The position numbers were made by a program, and so were the translations under genes. The notes beneath the pieces were generated by a model. The model did not search any database. It was not told where the DNA came from and was given only the letters and a program-made list of their open reading frames with translations. A stretch of 60,415 nt of DNA, the filler included, from Sphacelaria rigidula (lineage: Eukaryota): NCBI GenBank assembly GCA_964200075.2. It is 10 parts of 10 records of this genome, joined end to end, with 100 filler letters (N's around TTAATTAATTAA, not from the genome) between each part and the next. Parts side by side here need not be neighbours in the genome. Positions count along the whole stretch, not along the records: positions 48,414 to 54,364 come from CAXNAA020023266.1; positions 54,465 to 60,415 come from CAXNAA020023267.1; 8 more parts are not named here. The stretch is one strand, 5' to 3'. Each line of letters starts with the position of its first letter. The stretch's first letter is position 1. Below, piece after piece: positions 53,982 through 60,415 of the stretch.

Positions 53982-54464
53982 CAAACGTTTGCGCGTCACA
54001 ATGCATCATAATGCACCACAATGCACCACGATGCATCTTTTTCCAGCACGAAAGAGAGAAAATAGTCGGTTAGGGGATGCAATTGACCTGTACCCGAATT
54101 TGTGGAACAAATTTGCGCATGCTTCTCAATGTTTGGCAAGGCCAAATTCGACGACCACGCTCGTAGAGCTCTATGCTTACCGTTCGTTCAGAGGTACCCA
54201 ACCAATTGGAACTACTGCAGTTTCGACGTCATTCTCGCGAACGTTGGTGTTCGATGGATGAAACTGAGTTACAATGAGACACGTTTGCTGCGCCGCCACC
54301 TACCCCACCGCCCCCAACACCCCCCCACCCCACCGCCCCGCCCGGGCTCCCCCCGCCCCATACCNNNNNNNNNNNNNNNNNNNNNNNNNNNNNNNNNNNN
54401 NNNNNNNNTTAATTAATTAANNNNNNNNNNNNNNNNNNNNNNNNNNNNNNNNNNNNNNNNNNNN

Positions 54465-54536
54465 TACATACATACATACATACATACATACATACATACA
54501 TACATACATACATACATACATACATACATACATACA
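54465..54536 (+). repeat. (TACA)n microsatellite
   Basis: Direct reading. Confidence 0.98.
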
Positions 54537-54722
54537 TCTGCATTGGCTCCTCTTATTCTGATTTGTTCTTTCTTATAACTCCAACCGATTCGGTGACAAA
54601 AAAAAAGCACATTTTATGTTTCAACCCCAAAAATTAGGATCGGCTGTTACATTCACGTCCGTCCGATACTGTTCGAAATATGGTGCACATCACGTCTTGT
54701 TTTTGAAACCACTGCTGTACAG

Positions 54723-54893
54723 GCCACAACCATGCGCATTGTGCATATCTACGTCCGAGACGGCGCCGTACATCCGGCACCCCTTTCGGACGAGTGCCGA
54801 AAAGATATTCTGGCTTCCGAGGCCTCATCCATGTACATTTTCGGGAGAGCCAGAGCAGAAGCGTTGGAGAAAATGAGCGGCGAGCCGGCCCCG
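54723..54893 (+). CDS. Internal exon encoding the C-terminal half of an RGS-like domain
   Basis: TACAG acceptor, GTGAGT donor, 57 codons; RIVHIYVRDGAVHPAPLSDECRKDIL...IFGRARAEALEKM fits the RGS I..Y(I/V)..A...R..I...F..A..E...M pattern. Confidence 0.6.
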
Positions 54894-56249
54894 GTGAGTA
54901 GTGGGCAATGGCTACAAGTATGTATCTAGAATATGGCAAGGGTGCTTCATGTTTGGATTGGTGCAGCCCAACATCCTGCCAATCTCCCCTGCCGTAAATG
55001 GAAGAGAAACTACAATACTTCAAAAAGATAAAAGTGTTCTTCGTTGAGATCCCGAATCCCGGAGGATTGTGAAAATTGAATCGACACCTCTCCCCCGATC
55101 ATGCATGTGCTTCATCCCGGCTTTGTATGGATGCGAGGTCAGTGGTCTACTATGGCATGCATGATCATGAGTACATCTCCCCCCCCCCTCCCCTCACGTG
55201 AGCTCTAAGTTCAGAAGAATCAAAGCTATGGTGGAAATATGCATAACTCCGTCTTGTGCATCTTAGACAGAGCGTGATAATGTTTATTCATGTGTATATA
55301 TGTATGCGCAAGGAACAGAGGAGATGATATGAGGAACAGATCAGTCATACTCCAGTGTAAAAAGCGATTGCACGCATTTCTCGTTAACCTGGCGACTCTG
55401 TTACCGCCGTGAAACATATCAGGCGGAACCCGAATGGTGTGAGCTTTTGTTTCTTGAAATGTGAATGTATATATCCAAGACCCTGCGTAAAAATGAAAAA
55501 CGGACTTGCGACACGGCGCGGTCAGAAAAGTGACGAATATACATATGTACAAGGTTCCCCCTCGGGAGGTTGGTACTGGCCTGCCGGGGGTGACACAAGT
55601 CGAAAATATATTGTTGATGGAGGCTGTTGTATATCAATGTACAGTAGTGATCGTGGCTGTACAAAACATTGCATGTGTTATCGCATGTCGTTCGAAAATA
55701 TGGGAATTTGGACGGAAGCCAACGGCGGAACCGCCGGTGTAGGACATGTATGTGTGGTATTCCCGAGGTGCCAGAGTGCGAAGTAGCTCTCGAGCCACAA
55801 AGACATGGCAGCAGAAGGTACTTCCCGAAAAATCGGAATGCGTGGAACATTCTTGCATGTTCTTTGTACATCACTCTGGCTTCCATATCACCGGGCCTTT
55901 TTTTAAAACAAGGTGGTTGTTCTTCGCGGCAAAACATTCCTGTGCTGCCGTGCTGCTGTGCCTTCTTCAACTCGCCAACGGCTCATTGCACAGTCTTGTG
56001 TTCGCTGCTGACTAAGGCCGAGGCAATATTCAATTGTTTCCAACTGCTTTGCTCTCATGTTCTCGTGACATTGGCGGCATAGCCGGTGTATTCGTGCTCC
56101 CAAATGAACGAGAACGCGACAAAGAGAAACATGAGGAGAAAACACCCCGCCAAAAGTAATCCTGTTTGAAGTTTTTCGTGATATTTAACAGGCTTTTGTG
56201 GTTCGGTTTTCTGTTTCAAGTTTTCCATGATCTTGGAAAGGCTTTTAAC

Positions 56250-56696
56250 ACGGGATCTTATAAATTGGGGATGGATCTTTTGTTGGGGATGAGAAACCCG
56301 GAGGATCAAAATCTTCGTATCCACACCAAAATCTTCGAAATATGGTTCCATTTCTTCACCTACTGATAGCTATTGATAACTGCTACACACTATAGAAATC
56401 TAGATTTCGATCACCGAGATGTTGGGGTCCCAGGTGAAAAAAATATATCGGAACCATTTTGGCGTCCGTTCGGACACCCGAAATTCCCCAAAATTGATTT
56501 TCACCTAGGACCCCAAAATTTCGGTGATCGAAATCGAAATTTCCACGGCATGTCGCAGTTGTCAATAGTTATCAGTAAGTGAAGAAACGGAACCATATTT
56601 CGAAGATTTGGTGTGGATACGAAGATTTTAATTCTCCGGGTTTCTCATCCCCAATAAAATATCCATCCCCAATTCGTGAGATCCGTGAGATCCCGT
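56250..56696. mobile_element. Foldback element with ~200-bp arms
   Basis: GGGGATGAGAAACCCGGAG / CTCCGGGTTTCTCATCCCC; AATCTTCGTATCCACACCAAA / TTTGGTGTGGATACGAAGATT. Confidence 0.85.
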
Positions 56697-59600
56697 ATTT
56701 TTTGTGGTTCGGGATCGACACCCCGCGAAAAAGAGCCAGTTTGAGCATCATTCGGTGGCCAGAACACGCGCCACGGGTATCAGATGACACCCAAACCCGA
56801 ATGGTAATATACCGCTGAGCCTTCTTAGTGCGCAGCAGAAGAAAGCGCGTGAGAAAATGCTTTGCCGCCAGAGAAAACTCGGCAAAAGCCGTGAAAAATG
56901 TAAAATGATACATGTACATATAGGTATCCCGAATGTGCACAAAGCGATGAAACACGAAAATAGAGGCCATCGTGGTGGAATTCTGATATATTGCCACTGC
57001 CCAATAGTACGTAAAATCGTATCGTTCCCGGCGGGCGAGCCTTATCCCGCTCGGAGATCTCCCGCATTATGCCGGGGAAAACAAAATTGCGCAAAATTGT
57101 GATGATATACCTACCCGAATAAAGTTATACGTGAAGCAAACCAGAACAGAATAGGACACAACATACCAAATGTACCGACGTTATCTTGTCTTTTGGGAAC
57201 ATGTTCTAGAGTAGGCTGTGCTTTGTTTATCGCATAATTATTTCTCCCCAACATGATAAAATATGTCGAACAAGCATGTTTTTAAGCAGCAGGCCTTCCG
57301 AACTGGCTACGAAGTTGCTGGGGAACCGCATACTTTGACCAATAACGTATACACGTACAGCCGCGCCCTGACAGTAAAACCGGCACCATACTATCGATAC
57401 TTCGGGCCGTTCTCGCGGTATGGAATCCGAACAGTAGTGTGTATGTGTGCGTGCGTGTGTGTGTGTGTGTGTGTATGTGTGATTCTTGAAGGAAGGGTGA
57501 AACGTGACCCACAGACCCCGCAAGCGGGTTCGTATGCTAATTACCCGGAAGCTCGCCTAGCCTGCCTCACAGCCAGTCGTGGGCGCCTTGAGCGTTCGCA
57601 AGCCTTGCTCAAGGCCGTGCGGGAGTCCTACCCACTAAACTTCCCTGTGAACTTGACACAGTGCACGCGCCACCCTTATCTCATGAGCTTTGGCCTTGAA
57701 GAGTAGTGTATGTCACTTCGGCTCCGGTATTAAAAACAATGTCTTCGTGAGATTGAGAGTAGAGGATGCGATTGAGAGTGAAAAACGGTCAATTGGTGAA
57801 TGAATCGTTTTTGTTCCGAAGTGCTCCTCCACAAGGCCCGATATGCTTTCTGTAGTAGCTTGCCGCTGAGGCACTTGTTATCCCTGAGTAGGATATCAAC
57901 GTGTAGCTGTAAGCACACGCCCGTGATGGAGGCAAATAAAAGCACACATGGAATGAAAAATTGGCCAAGTTCAAGCGAATGTTCAAAGCCACTCTTAATC
58001 AGCGCTTTACTCTCAATCTCACGAAAACGTTGTTAAAGCGGTAAGACGTAAGTCACTCGAGACAAAATTAGATTCGACGAATATCTACGGGCAAATACGG
58101 GGCGAGAGAAGAAGAGTATGAAATGAAAAGGCACCATCCGTGTGCAATATGCAGCAGCATTTGGTGGAGACCCGTTTCACTCTCGAGTTTTGTGAAGAAA
58201 CGAAGCCTTCCTAAATAGCTGAAGCGGTGCATTCAAAGAAGCTGAATAGCATGAAAACACAAGGGAGCACGGCACCATCGAATGAATCAACATCTTGCAC
58301 CATTCCTGCCTTGTGTTCGAAACATATCGCAGGTCTCTCTTCACAAAAAAAGCATTCCGACCTCAGCCTTGATTCGTGTGAAGAAAAAAAAAAAATCCTA
58401 CAACTAAAGGGTATGAAAACATACAACAGGGTTGTCGTGTGAAAACAATACTGGCCGTACAAGTGTCATCAGAATATTGTGCGTACAGTGGGGACCCGTA
58501 CTAGTTCTTCACGCCGTCTTCGACGTGAGTTCACAGCATTTGCTCGTTTGTCGTCCTTGTTCTATCTTTTTCCCATCTGGGTCGCGGAGGCAGACGGTTC
58601 GTTTCATTCACCTCGAGCGCATCTATCTTGCGGTCATAACTAGATTCTTCGCGGATGAGATGGACAACGTGCGAAGACCGGTCGATCAACCAACCGATTA
58701 CACCGCCATCTTCCACGAATCCATCCCATGCCTCTGTACTGAGCTGCACCTCCTGCCTCCTTGTCGCCTCTCCTGCCCACCCCCCTTTGCGTGATCCTCC
58801 CGGAATTTCGCCGGCGCGGACATGACTACCGGCGGGTTACAACCATTCCCGTACCGCCATCGTAAATCTTTGGTTCTTCAGAAAGCGGACGACTACTACG
58901 ATCCTTTGATGGCGGCAACCGGGTTCTCGATACATGTGAGTGGCCCATGACCTATTATGTGGTGTAGAGAGGTGCGGTGTTCATGTCACTATTATTTGGT
59001 CGCCATGAAAGTAGCAGTTGCAACCCTTCGCTGCCTGGGGATCTGATGACCGCGCATCGATCGGCACACGGCATGTATTGACGACTTTGGTTTCTCTTCT
59101 CTTAGTTCTTGTGGCTCGTGCGAACAACCAACCGCATCGACGGGGCAGAGGGTGTGGGTCGGCACCTCGACTAGCGACCGAACGTTTAGCAGGTCATTTC
59201 GAAACACAAGAGCCTTGTTCAGGTCACTGATGCCACTGTGTGATGCCGGGTGTTTTATTAGACAAGCGCACGTCGGTTCTTCACGATCAAGAAAAGACTT
59301 GATGTTCGTAGGTAGATTTCGGGGGTGGAGATCGAGTGCCTCGTTGCAACTTGTTCGGTAAAAATTCCACGGCTTCGGAAACCCGTCTCTGCTTCCTCGC
59401 GTCTTGATTTATCTCAGGTGTTGGACGAAATAATTCTGCCGAAATACTACAATCCTTTTTGAATAGCTCGGGGGCACCCGCTGCCGCCCCGGTCATGGGT
59501 TGTGGTACTCCTTCACTTCACCGCAGGCGGTACTCTGACTGTACCGATTATGCTCCAGTTGGATCATATCTATCCCCACCATTTTTGCAACCCGCTGAAC

Positions 59601-60415
59601 ATTTTGCGCTTTCATAGAACATGTTTTAGGGTATGACCAAATGTTACTAGGGAATTGCGTCGAAAGCTGCTCCGAAATAACTTTCACACCACGAGTTCGG
59701 CAAATAACGATGATGTTGTTAGTGATCATCCTTTCCGGAACCCCTCCCCGACACTATTTTCAAGAAACTTCACCAAGTAAACAACCACTTAGTCCTCCTC
59801 TTCTTTGAATAAGAGGTGAGCGAGAGAAGGGGTGACGGGGTAGTGGAGGGGGGGGGGGGTGTACTTATGATCATGTATGCCATACTCATGAGACCATTGA
59901 CCTCGCATCCCTAAAAAGTCGGGACGAAGCACGCCGGGTTTTCGCCGGACCACGCTCGCACTAAATCACCAAGCGCGAAGCGCCGTGGTGGGTTCGGCGA
60001 GTCGCATGAAGGGTGAGCTGCATCGTGCTAAGATTGTTCGGCCTGAAGCCCACTGATTATCTTGCACTTAGATGGCAGCCTCCAATGAGTTGCTTTTTTG
60101 TCTGGAAATCGCCACTTTCTGACACAGCCATGGAACATACATTGCCACATGGGTGTCTCGCCGTGTAAACACTGCGCGTAGTGCGATCATCCCCGTTGTG
60201 CGGAGTTGAGGTTTTCCCACGCCGCACAACATGATCTAGCTCGACTACCATCATGGTTATCGCAAAAAAAACGGAAGCGCGTCAAAACGATCGGTCACCT
60301 GGTTGCCTAGCTTACGCTACCAGTGGCGTGTTTAATAGCGTCATCGCCAACCGACGCCAACCCCATCGGGGGTCCGCCCCTACAAAGCCGGGACGGAGCA
60401 CGCCGGGTTCTCGCC

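Overview
Eukaryotic, intron- and repeat-rich DNA. GT-AG introns of 0.3-4 kb, the gene content and the WVDD-type Ty3/gypsy element fit a brown alga (Phaeophyceae); this is inference and I cannot fix the species. The window is not one locus. It is ten contigs of 5952 or 5951 bp in decreasing size order, joined by an artificial N44-TTAATTAATTAA-N44 spacer, so adjacency across spacers has no biological meaning. Contig 1 is a hairpin of two opposed, degenerate Ty3/gypsy copies with a 32-bp LTR-end fragment at the junction. Contig 2 has an orphan exon, a tRNA-headed SINE-like element and MITEs. Contig 3 has a large Gly-rich terminal exon with a C-terminal hydrophobic segment. Contig 4 has five phase-compatible exons of a probable ROD/KNTC1 gene. 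Contig 5 has an apparently complete two-exon Zwilch gene. Contig 6 has ankyrin-repeat exons. Contig 7 has six exons of an AMT1 ammonium transporter and a chromodomain-integrase/LTR remnant. Contig 8 has SMC1 exon 1. Contig 9 has a decayed Ser/Arg-rich ORF cut by a foldback element. Contig 10 has an RGS-like exon. I see no well-supported wholly new biological system. The most novel-looking signals are the gypsy hairpin junction, repeat families ending in 'AGTA(C/T)+C-tract' that often sit next to splice sites, and divergent RZZ kinetochore subunits. Family assignments come from recalled motifs, not database searches.
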